64,000 bases of DNA, taken from positions 124,001-188,000 of the forward strand of contig QPGO01000019.1 in the NCBI GenBank assembly GCA_008632985.1. The letters run 5' to 3'. Of this stretch, positions 50,901-64,000 are shown piece after piece. The first letter of the stretch is position 1. Every line of letters starts with the position of its first letter. The notes beneath the pieces were generated by a model. It made no database searches, had not been told where the DNA came from, and saw nothing but the letters and a program-made list of their open reading frames with translations. The stretch is from Psammoneis japonica. Its lineage: Eukaryota. Position numbers and translations under genes: made by a program.

Positions 50901-51984
50901 CGGAGTTTGTCAGTATTCAACGACCGCGTTTGCCTTATACGGTATCCTACTCGTAGCAATTTTCGGAGATCAAAAGTCTGCTCAGGAGATCGGAAAAGTC
51001 GCTTTGATTCTCTCGGATAAGCTTGAAGCGCGGGAAACGCGTTCAGCGACAGTTGCGTATGTCAACGCATGTTTGAGCCACTGGATCGCACCTCTTCATG
51101 ACAGTCGGGACCAGTTTCTCAGCGGCTACAACGTGGGATTGCACACCGGTGACATTGAAAACGCGATGCTCTGTGCAATGAATTATTGCCATGCATGCTT
51201 TGAAACGGGGAAGCAACTCACGGAAGTCGAAGCGGATCTCCGAGCTTTTACCAAACAAATGGAGGAATACAACCAGGCTCTAATTCTGAACGTGACTCGT
51301 GTTTTCTTGCAAGCTGTGCTGAATCTTCTTGGCCAGTCAGAAGATCCTACTGTGCTAACCGGCGAAGCAATGAACCAAGACGAATTGTTGGACCATTGCG
51401 CCACTACAAGAAATGTTCAAAACAGAGACGGAACAAGAGCCATTCACATTGAATTAGTTTTTATGTTCGGAGACTACGAGCAGGCGGCAAAGATCGCTCT
51501 TGAGTTAAGAAAGCTTGGGACTACTAACCCAGCCACCTATCTCCTTCGGAGGTTTGCTTTGTTTGGAGGTCTAGCATATTTTGCCATGACGCGTAGTAAC
51601 AGGTTCAGACCAAAGTGGAGGAGACGAGCTTTACGCACCATGAAGAAGGTGAAAAAGTGGGTTCGCAAAGGAAATGCAAACTGCGTTCACATCTATCAGC
51701 TGCTCGAGGCAGAGTCGTTTGCACTAGCAGGCAAAATCGAGAAAGCCAAGAAGGGCTACGATCTGGCAATTGCTTCCGCCGCTCGCAACGGTAGTCTCCG
51801 AGATAGAGCATTGGCCAATGAACGTGCTGGGGAGATGTTTCTTGAGACAGATGAATTTTTGGCCGCAGACTATTTACAGTCGGCTCATCAGCTTTACCTC
51901 GATTGGGAAGCTCATGAAAAGGCCGCGCACCTCAGCCGCAAACACCCTTTGTTAGTTTGCAAGGATCAGGGGCAAACGCACTGA
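47922..51984 (+). pseudogene. AAA_16/STAND-like ATPase plus helical-repeat protein (resembling the ATPase module of bacterial multi-domain sensor kinases), interrupted by a TRIM and one frameshift
   Basis: LFGRDEE. Removing the insertion gives NVVFLSGYTG|VGKT (Walker A, intron 48780-48874). Further motifs SGKFD, PY, LFLDDLQWAD..SL, GCYRSNEV, KTLGNVFF, ASCLG, YRFVHDQIQAAAY and ALANERAG. Probable intron 49115-49198. Frameshift at ~50720. Confidence 0.8.
48144..48750 (-). mobile_element. TRIM (terminal-repeat retrotransposon in miniature), 607 bp, young
   Basis: 152-bp LTRs at 48144-48295 and 48599-48750 (TGTGGG...CTCACA). 5-bp TSD ACGTT at 48139-43 and 48751-55. Minus-strand PBS-like TGGTTGCAA next to the right LTR and GGGGAG PPT next to the left LTR. 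About 300 bp non-coding core. Confidence 0.92.
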
Positions 51985-54900
51985 GCGCGTCGAAAGTTGC
52001 TCTTTTTTCATCTCCAGAGAGCAACTGCGCGGGCTTGCTCTAAGAGTGCGACTAGAAAGCAGGCTTTAGGATTTTTAAGCCAACATCAACATGCTACAAA
52101 TAAAGTGGAGAGCACAGCCTCTCGTGCTCTAAATCTAGTCGCCGAGCAGCTTCTTGCGATGCCCGCCACTGAACTCGAGCAAAAAGTTGAAAACCACCCT
52201 CTGATCTACAGAGTTGGAATCTCTCCGGAGGCAAAACGCACCAACTGTAACAATCTCTAAGTCAGCTCAAATGACAACACCTGTACGTACTTTGTTATAA
52301 TTGCAATCAAAATGCACCCTGCACCTCTGTCACCAACAGGAAATGCAGTGCATTGCAGCAGCGTGCTTTCTCCTGGAGACTGCAAGATCGGACGTGAAAG
52401 GGAGAGCTCTGCTGAGCCACCAATTCAGACACCCACCCTGAGAGACGTCACTTGATCAGCTTTACACTCCACTGGGCCTTCACACTGATGAGGGAAGTGG
52501 CCAGCTGGACAGCAGCATGTTGTTGCAAGTGAGCTCTGCTGCTGGTCTTGCCTTTCTGTGGATGAACAAAGTCTTGGATGGAGCAAAGAACAATGAATCC
52601 CTTCTTGCTGTCATGATCATTGTGAAAAAAGAACCATGGACAAAGCCAAGTGTCATGAAGAACACCCAAAGAACAACCACTGGACAAGACCTCTGGCATG
52701 AGGTCAGATTCATCAAACTTCATTTGGCCCCTGTGAGCCAGCAGCAGTGCAAGGAGGCAGCATTGAGCCAGCTCATCTTGTTGTCACAAAACATCTTCCA
52801 AGTTGGAGGCAAAACACAGAACCAAGAAACAAAACTGCTGATCATGCTTGTGCCAGCCTGGGAGACAAGAGCACAGTGTGAGCAATGTTTTGCTGCTGCA
52901 GCAAGATGTGTTGCCTGACCTTGGCATTGGGACATTGCTGAAGCAAGTTGCAGCATGTTTTTGTCACCACATTTTTGTTGCTGTTGACTGGCCATAAACT
53001 TGGCCAAACACCTGCCAAATTTGATTTGCCATTTTTCTCCTTTTTCCCCAACTCTCATGACACCCACACAACAACTTCATGCGCGGTCAGGTGTGCAGGG
53101 ATTTTTGTGCAACAGCACCAAGTCTGGAGTGCTGTTGATGTTCTTGTGACTGTCACCTGCTCAGCTGTCTCTGCAGCATTGGGGCTCTGTTTCCACGACT
53201 TTGGCATCTTCCAAAGTTGCAAAAATGCTGCACATGCCAAGTCAACATCAGGTGACACACCAGCAGCTGCAGATGCTGTCTGTTGCAAGACAAGTGCATG
53301 GTGGGATTGGCAAGTCCCACCCAAGAGTGGAACTTCTGATGTGCACACTCTCTGCACACATGGTGCTGAGGGCATGCGACACAGAAGAAGTGCCACAAAA
53401 ATGGGGCTGCTTGACTGACCTGCACAATGTGCCACATGCCAGACAGCAGAAAAAGCACTGCAAAAGCATTGTTGCTCGACCAAGAGTGACACAATGGGCC
53501 AACTTTTCCCAAAGCCACAAATGTCGGTCACACAAACAACTCCTGTCCTGTGGAACATGATGATGAGTGCAGCAGGGCCCCAGGGTCTAAAGAATGATGT
53601 GGTTGGGTCAGACCATTAGAATTCAACACATGCAAAATGTTGTTGATGTGTTTGTGTTTGCACTCAAGGATTTGAGAATGATTTTACATCCATTTAGAAA
53701 TTAAGAAGTGCGTGGATTGTCTGTGGCCTCACCCGCACAGCCTCCAGGCAGCCTCGTTGCCAAAAAAAAAAGCTTTGAGAAGCACATGGATCTCACATGT
53801 CACAAACAACAAACAATGATGACAATCCACCGCCGTTGCACAACAAGTGCCATGAGATTGGCAAGAGCAGTTTTCCTTTCAATGGCTCCAGCTGCTGCAG
53901 TTGCTTGTGCTGCACTTGTTGGCTTGTTGGCTGCAAGGAGCAAATTGCAACACCATGAGCTGGTGCAGACAAAAATCACACCTTCAAAACAAGCAACACA
54001 ACAATGAAGCCATGACATCATTGATCCAAAACAATCTCATCACAGAATGCACCTCACAGCAAAGTCCTCAAAAATTGAGCAAGTGTGAATGATCTGCAGA
54101 TGCTGCCTGTGTCAAGAGACAAATTTTTGTTGTTGCACATTGGAAAAGCTGGAGGTGGCACATTTCAAGACAGAACAAGTTACGTGTGGTGGGTTAAAAT
54201 CAATGAATGACATCTGACTCCCTGCATCAAGTGCTTGGTGTCCAGCATGGTTGGCATTGTTGTTTGTCACTGCCATTTGAGATCCATTGATCACTTTGTT
54301 TTGGCATTTTGCTGGCAAGACCTTGTCCTCTGCAATCCACATGACAATGATTGCAAACTGGGTTGTCCAGCAGGCAGTTGTGACAGGCATTGTCAGAATC
54401 ATTCTCATGTGCATGCTGAGCAGGAAATTGTTTTTGACAAGTGTGAGCAAAATGCAAACCTCTTGGCAGAAGCCCTTTGCAATGACTCCACTGCGGCAAA
54501 CACCAGGATGGATTTGAAACAAATTCAGCACACTCAATTTTCCACTGAGGATTGGCTGGGAATGGACTTGTGGAAAACTGCTGCACCATCCATTGTGCCA
54601 ATTGTGCTGGAGGAGAATTTTGACCATTGTGCCCAGATTGATGATGCTGTTCATTGGATCCACAATTGTGCAAAATTCTTCAATGCATCTGACTTTGCTT
54701 TGTGACAAGCCAATGTTGTTCAAATGGATTGCAAGCAGCAGATGAACAATGCACCTCACACATCCCTGTTGAGACTTCATTCTTCTGTTGCAGTCAACAA
54801 GTGTCATGCTCCTCTGTCACCCAAGGGTGATGGATGTCTTGCACAGTTCGCTGCACAGATTGTGAGATTTTGCAAGACTTCTAGGAACTGGCATGCAAGA

Positions 54901-56583
54901 CTGATGTTTGTCGATTGGCAATCCAGCCCATCTTTTCACGTCTGGCATCCCTGTTGGCGTGATGATGGAAGAAGCTCAAGCAATGCATTTCTTGCACAAG
55001 TCAGTGGACATTCAATCAAAATTAATGGAGGACTTGTGAGAGCAAGTGCGGTGCACATTGGCCAAGTCATGAGAACAAGGTTGGTTCACGGAGCGGGCTG
55101 TGCCGGGGAGAAGGAGTGGTCGCTTGGGATGGCCGCAGCAGAAGTGAACTTTTTGTGAACATGTCTGGATGGCTCACACAATGAGGGCATTCTTGGTGAT
55201 CACCATCATTGGCTGATGCTGACTTTCTCTCTGGCAGAAGTCACGCCGTCTCTCCTGCAGCAGTGCAGTCCAACAGAAGGGTTCGATTCACAAGAAAACA
55301 AGAAACCACATCTCCCTTTCAGAATGTGATGCAGAAGGACACACGACAGTCAATGCAGGCACAACACATGTCAACTCTTTTTCTGAGTGCATCCTTTAGA
55401 ATGACTGCAAGCCAGTGGAAGGCTCCATGACTGCCACACAGCCCAGCAAGTTGGAGCCAGCTGGGGTGGCACCTCATGCAATGCAGGTGCAACAGAGAAG
55501 ATCTTTCCCATGAAACATTCTCATCACTCTTGTGCTGGTTGGGCTTTCACGTCCCCCAGTTTCTCTCAATGATGATTGAAATGGCTGCGATTTTTCCAAA
55601 ATTTTCCTGCCATGATCTTTTCATGCCAAAATCATGTTTGCTGCATGTGTGTGTCATCTTTCATCTTGAATCCTTGCACACAGCCACTCTTGGCATTTGT
55701 GTGACAAAGGCACTTTCTCTTTCATTTTGCTCCAGCACAGTTGTTCATCCCATCAGCACTTGCGTTCCTTCAAGCATGAGGGTGGAGAACTCATCTTTGA
55801 CAAAGTGCCACACATCAAAGAGCAAGAAATGCCCAGAGTGATGCTGTGTTGATGGCCCCAGCATGTGGGCAATGAGAACAGCTTGTGAATTTTCATGCTG
55901 ATGATGATCAAAAATTCAAAAATGGAGGCTGTGAAAGCAAAACCATGTGAGATGCGGTGGATGGCCAGATGACTGTGCCCTGACTCAGATGTGGACCCGT
56001 GGGTCCTGCGCCTTGACTTGAATCCCAATGGACTCAAGCTGCTGTGTCATTGCTGTGGATGACCTGGCACTCTTGGCTTGACATCTGTTGCACTGACCAA
56101 GGGAATCTCAGCACAGTCTGCATGCAAGTGTGGCAACACTGGTGACAACATTTGTGCATGGAATCCAGGCAGTCGAGGTCAGTTGACTGGGTGAGCAACA
56201 AAAGACAGGAGTTCTTGCTTCTGTTTTCACAACTCACATGCAATTCAACCCAGAAGTTTTTGCTGTTTGATTTTGCACTTTCTTTGACAAAAAAATTTGT
56301 TTGAGTGCCGCAATTTTGCAGCCCAGAAAAAGTCAAATGCAATTGTTTTTTTTCTTGCACATTTGACAGCAACGTCTTCATGAGGGCCACTGTGATGTCA
56401 TCCTGTTGCGTTGTGAGCAACATCATGGGCTGCCAAATGGCATCATCATCCAACACAATGGCACTGCCACACTTCATGGAATCATCATCATCAACAACCT
56501 GGCATCAAGAAGCTTCTTGAAAGGATGTTGCACAATGTGTCTGCATTGCTCAAGATGTTTCATGTTTTTGTCATCGTCCATTG

Positions 56584-56876
56584 TGTGACATCATCAGCCG
56601 TCTCAACCAATCAGCACTCAGGGAATCACTTCCTGGCAAGAACAAACATCTGACCAATCAGCATTCAGGAAATCAATCCTGGCATCAGAAATCAAATCCA
56701 GTGGCTGCCCATGATTCTGCAACAATTCTGTGACATCATCAGCCATCTCAACCAATCAGCACGTTCAGGGAATCACTTCCCCCAGCAATGAACGTCTCAA
56801 CCAATCAGCATTCAGGGAATCCATCCCAGCATTGGAAGTCAAAGCCAGTGCCTGCACGTGATTCTATGACAATCTG
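56584..56876 (+). repeat. ~146-bp tandem duplication with four CCAATCAGCA motifs
   Basis: tgtgacatcatcagcc.tctcaaccaatcagcac...ccaatcagcattcagg repeated at ~56584 and ~56729. Confidence 0.7.
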
Positions 56877-58952
56877 CACTGAGACCTGTGCCGGGTTAGA
56901 TTCCAGAAATCTGGAAAACGCCACCTCTGAGTGTCAACCCGGCATGATTCCACATTTTTTTTTGTGGTTCTCAACCTGGCAATGGATCGTGATTGCCAAG
57001 TCACATGATTGCCGCCTGCCTGTTCTGCACAACGGAAAACAGCTGTGGCCATTTACACATTCATTTCTGCAGGATTTCTGAGCAAAACAAATGACTGACA
57101 GAGTCTGCATGGACACCATGGGAAAGCACCAAGCATCACACTGGAATCTGATCCTCTGCTTGGAATCACCTCCAGCATGCTCCGTGCTCAGAGGTGATTC
57201 CTCAGCAAATTCCTGATTCTGGATGTGTGCTGGGGCTCTTTTTTGTCCCTGCCCTTGCTGTGCATCATGCACAATGCACACACGAGATTCCAAAAATTGC
57301 CCAAAATTGCTGACGTGCATTGCGGGCAATGTGTGTGATGTGTTTTTTGGCACAACTTTGTCACTTGACTTGTCTCTTCAAGCATTGCAGTCATTAAATC
57401 CCAACATGTCCTTGTCATCTAAGATGCTTGATGCACTTCATGCTGTTTTTCGGGGTTTGATTGGCTCATCTTGTTCTCTGATGATTGCTTTCTTGACTGC
57501 CACTCAGAAAGCATGCAACGACACATGCAAATGAGGCGCAAAAATTTCTGACCCCATTTTGTTGTTGAGAAGCACTCCCAGGTGAAGTGAGCAAAATCTG
57601 GATGATGACAATGATTTTGCACATAAAAAAGATGCAGAAACCTGCTGAGTGCATCACCCACAGTGCACATGTGCAGAAGCCATGCAAGTTCAGTGCTTGC
57701 ATGTCCGCTTTCCTGTGAAGGGTTGAACTTGGCTCTTTTTGGCCTTCAGGGAGGAACATCCTCTGTGTCCACTGCAAGATTCATGCCACCACTCTTGCTC
57801 AACCTCCACAGTGAAAAAGCACAAGAAGTCTGAGTTGGTGTGCATCATGCATGATGCATGCAATTCAGGGAGTGGGGTTGTTAAAAACAGAAGCAAACAA
57901 TGTGCGCAACAAGCTGTGATGACAACAATGACGTTGTTGGACCGTGCTGTCATTGCTCAAGTTTAGCTCAGAAGTTGTGACTTCAAAGAGCAATGAAGAC
58001 AAGCTGACGCCAAAGGACAACAAGATTGAGACTCTTTGACACCAGCATCATCAACACAGGCAACAAAGAACACAAGTCAACCTGTGTTTTGTGCCTCATT
58101 TGTTGACACTCACTTCTTTCCTGATTCCTGAGAACTAAACACAGCATGCACTGTGCAATGTCAGTGTCGCTGTCTCTAATGTGCAGGCCATTGTGTGGTT
58201 GCATGCCCTTGGAAACTGAAGAGTGATGGCGCAAACGGAGTCGAAGCACACTGACAGGATTTGAACAAGATTTTAGCTTGTCACACATGGTTGTGTGTGC
58301 TTTTAGTTGCACGCGCAACGCGCGCGATGTAGTTTGCTTTCGAGCCACACGGCTCACAAGAACCATGACAGCAGTGCCGACATCATGATCCAGTCTTTCG
58401 GCTCCTGTACGGTCTCTGCACAGAGACTCATCTGCTGTTTAGACAGCAGCAAGGAGTTGTTGTTTTCTTCCACCCAGCCATCTTCATTTCCTGACAGATT
58501 GACAGTCTCGGCTCAACGCTCACCTTTTGAGCCATCATCATCGTCGCTGTGTGGAGAAAATCAACGACGCGGACCGTTGCCAGTGGAAGCACACACCTGC
58601 CTTCTTCGCTGCTGCATGTTGGATTGGACATGTGCGTTTAGATTCATCCAATGCATGCAATCGCTGGATGTGTTCATTTGGCTGATGTTTGTTTGGTCAG
58701 ATGTTTCCGAATTCTCAGGCTTCTGAGATTCCGGATTCCTCACAGTGGATGCTGCTCCCATCGACAGACAGACCGACATGTCTGCTCGCGTTCACACACA
58801 CACAATGCTGTCACCCGACTCTGGTCCTGCTGCAAGCACACTGAGTCTGTTGCTGCCTGTCTGCACCAGATTGCTGGTCTTCTACAGTTCTGCAAGGTCC
58901 ACAAGGACAACTGTGAGAGGAAGTGATTCGTGAATCTGGTCTGCGTTGGGGC

Positions 58953-59239
58953 AACGCGTTCCAGCTCCAGGTGGGACCTCGCAGCACTGAACTGTGACAT
59001 CAATGGTTTTTTGGATCGTGCCGCATGTCGCACACATGGATGGCTGCGTGTGACATTCTACGAAATTGTTTCACACTTCCCATTTTGCGAAGCCAAAGGC
59101 TTTCTATTTTCAACATTTGTGACAATGAAAATGCGCTGGGCATGTCCTTTAATGTCTGTAGAACACCAATGCAGAGCTCGCACACAGAATTCTACGGGCC
59201 CAATGTCACACGGAGTCCCACCTGGGATTGGAACCCATC
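58953..59239 (-). mobile_element. MITE, internally deleted inverted copy of 45691-46087, 4-bp TSD (GGGC)
   Basis: Same TIRs and subterminal sequence in reverse orientation. GGGC on both flanks (58949-52 and 59240-43). Confidence 0.8.
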
Positions 59240-59636
59240 GGGCGAGGGTGCTTTTCCCACGTTTGTTCGTCCCTCCACAGTGCCAATTGTGGCCGGCCTG
59301 ATCGGGTTGTCCAACCGACACAAAACAAGAAAGGTTTGGGGGTCTTGTCCACCTCTGGCCAGCTTGTCAACAGGGATTTTTAACCCATTGCTCCGCTCTC
59401 AAGCAACCCAAAGCGTCGCCAGCTGCAGGTTCGGATGTGCCGGCACAACTCTGCGGACCAGATGGGAAGCTCAGCAATTAACTACAAACGGGACAGCACA
59501 ACCCGGCGGCTTCTGACTTGCAAGATAGTTCAAGTTTTCAAGTCAAGTTTCAAGTCAAGTTTCAAGCTATTTCAAGTCTACTCTCCTGCTCCAGTCTGCT
59601 CTCCAACTCTAGTCCCGGCACCCAATCAGTTGCACC

Positions 59637-62600
59637 ATGGTTTTCACCAGACAGCAACAAACCAATGGCTTTGATCACATCTCAGGCACTGTTCTGAATC
59701 AAGCCGCAGACAGTCCGTTGCGCTCCACCCTCAGCATTGATGGCACTGATTTGTGCCAGGATCTCTTCACGTTTACTCCGCTGCAGCTTGATGCCCCAGT
59801 TTACAACAACGGCACCAATCAAATGCCTTTGCCCCATGGCTGCAAAGCACAAATTGCTGCTTTGATTAGTTTGTGCACAGTTAAAGCACGCGGCGGCGCT
59901 GATGTTGGCAACAACCCTGCTTTGTTTGCACATGAAGAGTTCACCAACTGTCATCTCAGCCCCAAGCACGCAGCATCCCTCTCCATGGGCACGGCGCCTT
60001 CTGCTCCTGCTCCTGGTTTGTTGCCTCCAAAACCATGTGACCCCACACGTGACTTCAAGCGAGGCATCAAACGTGACCCACTCACCTTTGCAACTCTCAA
60101 GTCAGACAAGCAGTGGCACACGTGGCACACCTCCATCGTCGCACAGACCCGCTCTCAGGATGTCGATCGCATCCTCAACTTGACATGCAAGCCCAACACA
60201 GCTGAGGACAAGGCCTTGTTTGCCAAACAACAGAAGCACATGTTCACCGCAGTTGAATGCATCTTGCAAAATGACAAGGGCAAGGCACTCGTTCGTGAAC
60301 ATGTTGGCTCCTCTGATGCCCAAGCGGTGCATCACGAACTTTCCAAGTACGCCCTTGCATCCACTCGTGCATCCCTGGAGTCCTCAAGCCTTCTCACATG
60401 CCCACCTCTACTCACCTTGGTGATGGCACTTGGAAAAGCTCCACCCATGCCTTCATGCTCCACTGGCAGGACCAGCTTCGCAAGTACGAAGCTCTCATCC
60501 CCGACACGGATCATTTTTTGGATGGTCAGAAACGCGTCATGCTCGAGAACGCTGTTCACCCTGTTGAAGAACTCAGTTTGGTAAAGAATCAAGCCGATCA
60601 GTTTCGCACACAAAACGGCACGGGTCTTTCTTGTGAGCAGTGTTGTGGGCTCCTGCTTTCTGCAGCAGCACAGTGCGACAGCACTTTCAACCCCAAGACA
60701 GCCCCACGCGCTCCCCACCGCGCCGTCTACAAACATGACCCAACTCCTGATGACCCTGACGATGACGTATCCCATGACATTGACAGTGACGTTGACGTCC
60801 TTCAGGCTTGTGCTGCTCAGACTCGTGGCAACTCCCTCACCAGGGAACAATGGTGTTGCATCCCGCCGGACCACCAGCGCATCTGGGACACCTTGCCTCA
60901 GTCCACCAAGGCCATCATCCTTGGTTCACGCACTGCCCATGCCGGCAATTGTCATGACTCAACGGCCGTCAATCTCCACGACCTCCATCTTGGCAGCGAT
61001 GGTGATGCAAACTTGTCAGCCAATGCTCATGACCTCGCGTCCGCCCGTGAACCACCTGACGTTGCCGCCGACCCAGCCAATGCCAACCCCATCCTGGCTC
61101 ACCTCACCAAGCGCAAGCCTTTGCCACCTGGTGATCTACAACATCTTCTCATGCCCGAAAGGCCCCCTTTGGCCGCTCTGGCAAGAACGCCATGCTGAAA
61201 GATCAATGGCCACACTTGCCGTTGCACTGACAATCACAATGTCATCTGCTCTGCCTCGACTCATGCATCAACTCGCAAGGGCGCTCTCATGGATCGTGGT
61301 GCAAATGGTGGCATCACCGGTGATGATGTTCATGTCATCAATTGCACTGGTCGTCAGGTTGATGTACAAGGCATTGACAACCACCAGCTTGTCGACATTC
61401 CCATTGTCACTGCAGGTGGTGTCATTCACATGCAGTGCAGATCCGTCATCGCCATCCTTCACCAGTGCACTTGCACTGGCAAGGGTAAGACCATCCATTC
61501 TTGCGGCCAACTTGAGTGGCACAAACATGATGTGAACGACAGGTCCATCAAGGTGCCCAACGGTCTGCAACGCATCACCACCATCGATGGCTGCATCACC
61601 CCCATCAACATCAAGGGTGGCCTTCCGTGCATTGCCACATGACCACACTCCCTCATGTTGTCCTTGCTGGCGATGACACCTGGGACCCGTCTGTCCTCAA
61701 TCACCAGTTCACTGATGATGAAACATGGTGCGATGCCCATGTCCGACCTCCAAGACAACCCGACCACCAACCTGTTTGATGAGTTTGGCAACTGTCGTCA
61801 CCGCCACATTGTCAACAACGCCATGCTCACTGATTCTGTCCTGGATGACCACCTCCTGCCAACGTCCGACTTCTTCCATGAATGCCATGAGTGCAAGATC
61901 AATGCCAAAGATCCCAACTGTGAGTCTCTGCGCCCCTGTTTTGGCTTCCTCCCAAAGGACACCATTCGCCACACCTTTGACTGCACGACACAGTGCGCCC
62001 GCATGCCTGCCAGCACACACCTGAAAAAGGCGTGCAAGTCTCCCAACCCGGCTCTCAATGTCCACCGGCACAATGAACCCGTCGCCACCAACACGGTGCA
62101 CTCTGACACACCCGCCATCAACTCCTGCTGCGTCAGTGCACAGCTCTTTGTCAGCACGGAATCTCTTGTCACCGATGTCTGCGGCAGATGACATCCACAA
62201 CAGTGCTCAGGTTGAGATCAGCAACAAGGTCCTTGGCATCCTTCGTGCCCTCTTCATCTCTAGTTGGCAAAGCGAGCCTCACCACCAGCACCAGAACTTT
62301 GCTGAGCACCGCTGCCAGACTGTGAAAACCATGGCCAACACAATCATGAATCGCTTTGGATCTCCCGCACACACCTGGCTCCTCGCCCTCATGCATGTGT
62401 GCTTTGTGCTTGACCACACTGTGTCTGCCAAGCTACACCGGTGTACCCCCACTGAGGTGCTGTCCGGTTCTACCCCTGACATCAGCCCGCTCCTTCGCTT
62501 TCAATGGTGGGAACCCATGTGCTGCCACCTGGATGATTCTGACTGGCTGTCAGAATCTCGCAAACTTTGTGGTCACTTCATTGGCATTGCCAAACATGTT

Positions 62601-64000
62601 GGTCATCAAATGATGTTCAAGATTCTCTCTGACGACACTCAGAAAATCATTTGTTGTTCCAATGTCCGCTCCGCCCATGACCCGTCTACTCTGAACCTCG
62701 TCTTGACCCTCCTGAAAAAGGATCTGCTGAACCCATTGTCAAATCCCGACATGAGTCTCCGGATTCAATGGCTTCACCAGATGGGGAGACGATCAGGATG
62801 CCCAAAATGCCAGTCTTCAACCCCGAGGATGTCATCGGACGCACCTTCCTCATGAATCCGCAAGAGGACAGACAATGTCACAGAGCCCACATTGTCAAAG
62901 CTGTTGAAGACCATGATTGGGAAATTGGAGACAACCCTGAACTAGTCAAGTTCATTTGCTCTGTCAACAATGACAAATGTGAGGAAGTTCTTGCCTGCAA
63001 TGACATCATGCACCACATTGAGCAAGAAGACAAGGATTCTACCCTCTGGAAGTTCCGACTCATTGTCTCTCACGAAGGACCATTGAGACCTCACTGCCCA
63101 TCTTGGAAAGGCTCAAGCTACAACATCATGCTTGAATGGGAGAATGGGGGGATAACATCTGAACCCCTTGCCATCATTGCCAAGGATGATCCCGTCACCT
63201 GTGCCATTTGTGCACCCGAACACGGCTTGCTTGGCAAGACCGAAGGCTGGAAACGTTTCCGGACCATAGCTCGACGCCAGAAGAAGCTGTTCCGCATGGC
63301 CAACCAAGCCAAGCTGTGCTCCTTTCATGCCGCACCACGACACAAGCACAGATTCAAAGTGCCCCGGGACTACAAGCATGCCTTGGCTCTCAATGAACGC
63401 AATGACAACCGCAAGTGGGGAGATGCAACGGACCTCGAGATGACTCAGCTTGATGAATGCGAGGTCTTCCATGACTGTGGACACTGCAAGGACTCCAGTG
63501 CTCCGCCAGGATACAAGAAGATCAAGGTGCACCTCGTCTGTGACGTCAAACACAACAGATGGCACAAAGCACGCCTTGTCGCTGATGGGCACCTCACGGA
63601 CGCACACGTTGACAGTGTCTGCTCTGGGGCAGTGTCCCTCCGTGGCCTGCAAATGACATGTTCTTCCTGGCAGAACTCAATGACCTAGAGACCTGGGCGA
63701 CCGACATTGGGAATGCCCATCTTGAAGCCACCACTGAGGAGAAGCTGTACATTGTGGCAGGCCCGAATTTGGCAAGTTCGAATGACACATCCTTGTCATC
63801 CACAAGGCTTTGTACAGACTCTGCAGCTCCAGCCTCAGGTGGCATGAACGCTTTGCCAATTGCTTGCGCAATGAGGGCTTCTTCCCATGCCGCGCCGAAC
63901 CCGACATCTGGTTGCACAGGAATGGCAATCACTGCAAACACGTGGCAGCATACGTGGACGACCCAGCTTTCGCCATGAAGGACCCACAGGCTTTTGCGGA
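59637..64000 (+). mobile_element. Ty1/Copia (CoDi-type) gag-pol, degenerate, running off the window end
   Basis: Gag DFKRGIKRDP...LQNDKGKALVR. Protease LMDRGANGG. Integrase EPVATNTVHSDTPA and QSEPHHQHQNFAE. WKGSSYNIMLEWENG segment. RT KIKVHLVCDVKH..HKARLVADGHLT and DIGNAHLEA. TCAAG-rich leader at 59530-59580. The 5' LTR was not delimited and may lie at ~58720-59410, containing the MITE. Confidence 0.88.

Noticed and set aside
52310..58700. Assignment to a specific transposon (MULE/Helitron) or gene
   Set aside because: Too degenerate, with no convincing motif by eye. Left as unclassified TA-depleted DNA, as are 30500-32100 and 42530-47600.
45691..59239. Inverted MITE pair as the ends of a 13.5-kb composite transposon carrying the ATPase gene
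   Set aside because: Each copy has both of its own TIRs and its own distinct TSD (AACA vs GGGC), so they are independent insertions.

Overview
Eukaryotic genomic DNA, most likely from a diatom. This is inferred from short GT-AG introns, CoDi-type Copia elements and the gene families present. Three gene islands with normal dinucleotide content (~540-6860, ~40300-42520, ~48190-52300) carry a sulfotransferase-like gene, a hypothetical gene, a secreted Pro/Thr-rich GACC-Cys-repeat gene, an M6-family protease homologue and an AAA/STAND-like ATPase gene disrupted by a young TRIM. These islands sit among large transposon-rich blocks containing two Copia elements, a Copia relic, a Ngaro-like tyrosine-recombinase retroelement, a CRE-like non-LTR relic and MITEs. 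The main signal is that TpA has been almost erased from the repeat blocks by TA->TG and TA->CA transitions, alongside CpG decay. The change can be read directly by comparing an intact gene (3862-6606) with its mutated paralogue (27960-30485), and by comparing paired LTRs. This suggests a RIP-like but opposite-direction (A:T->G:C), TpA-targeted, domain-restricted mutagenesis or base-modification system. A base-calling artefact caused by modified DNA cannot be excluded from sequence alone. All comparisons and counts were made by eye.
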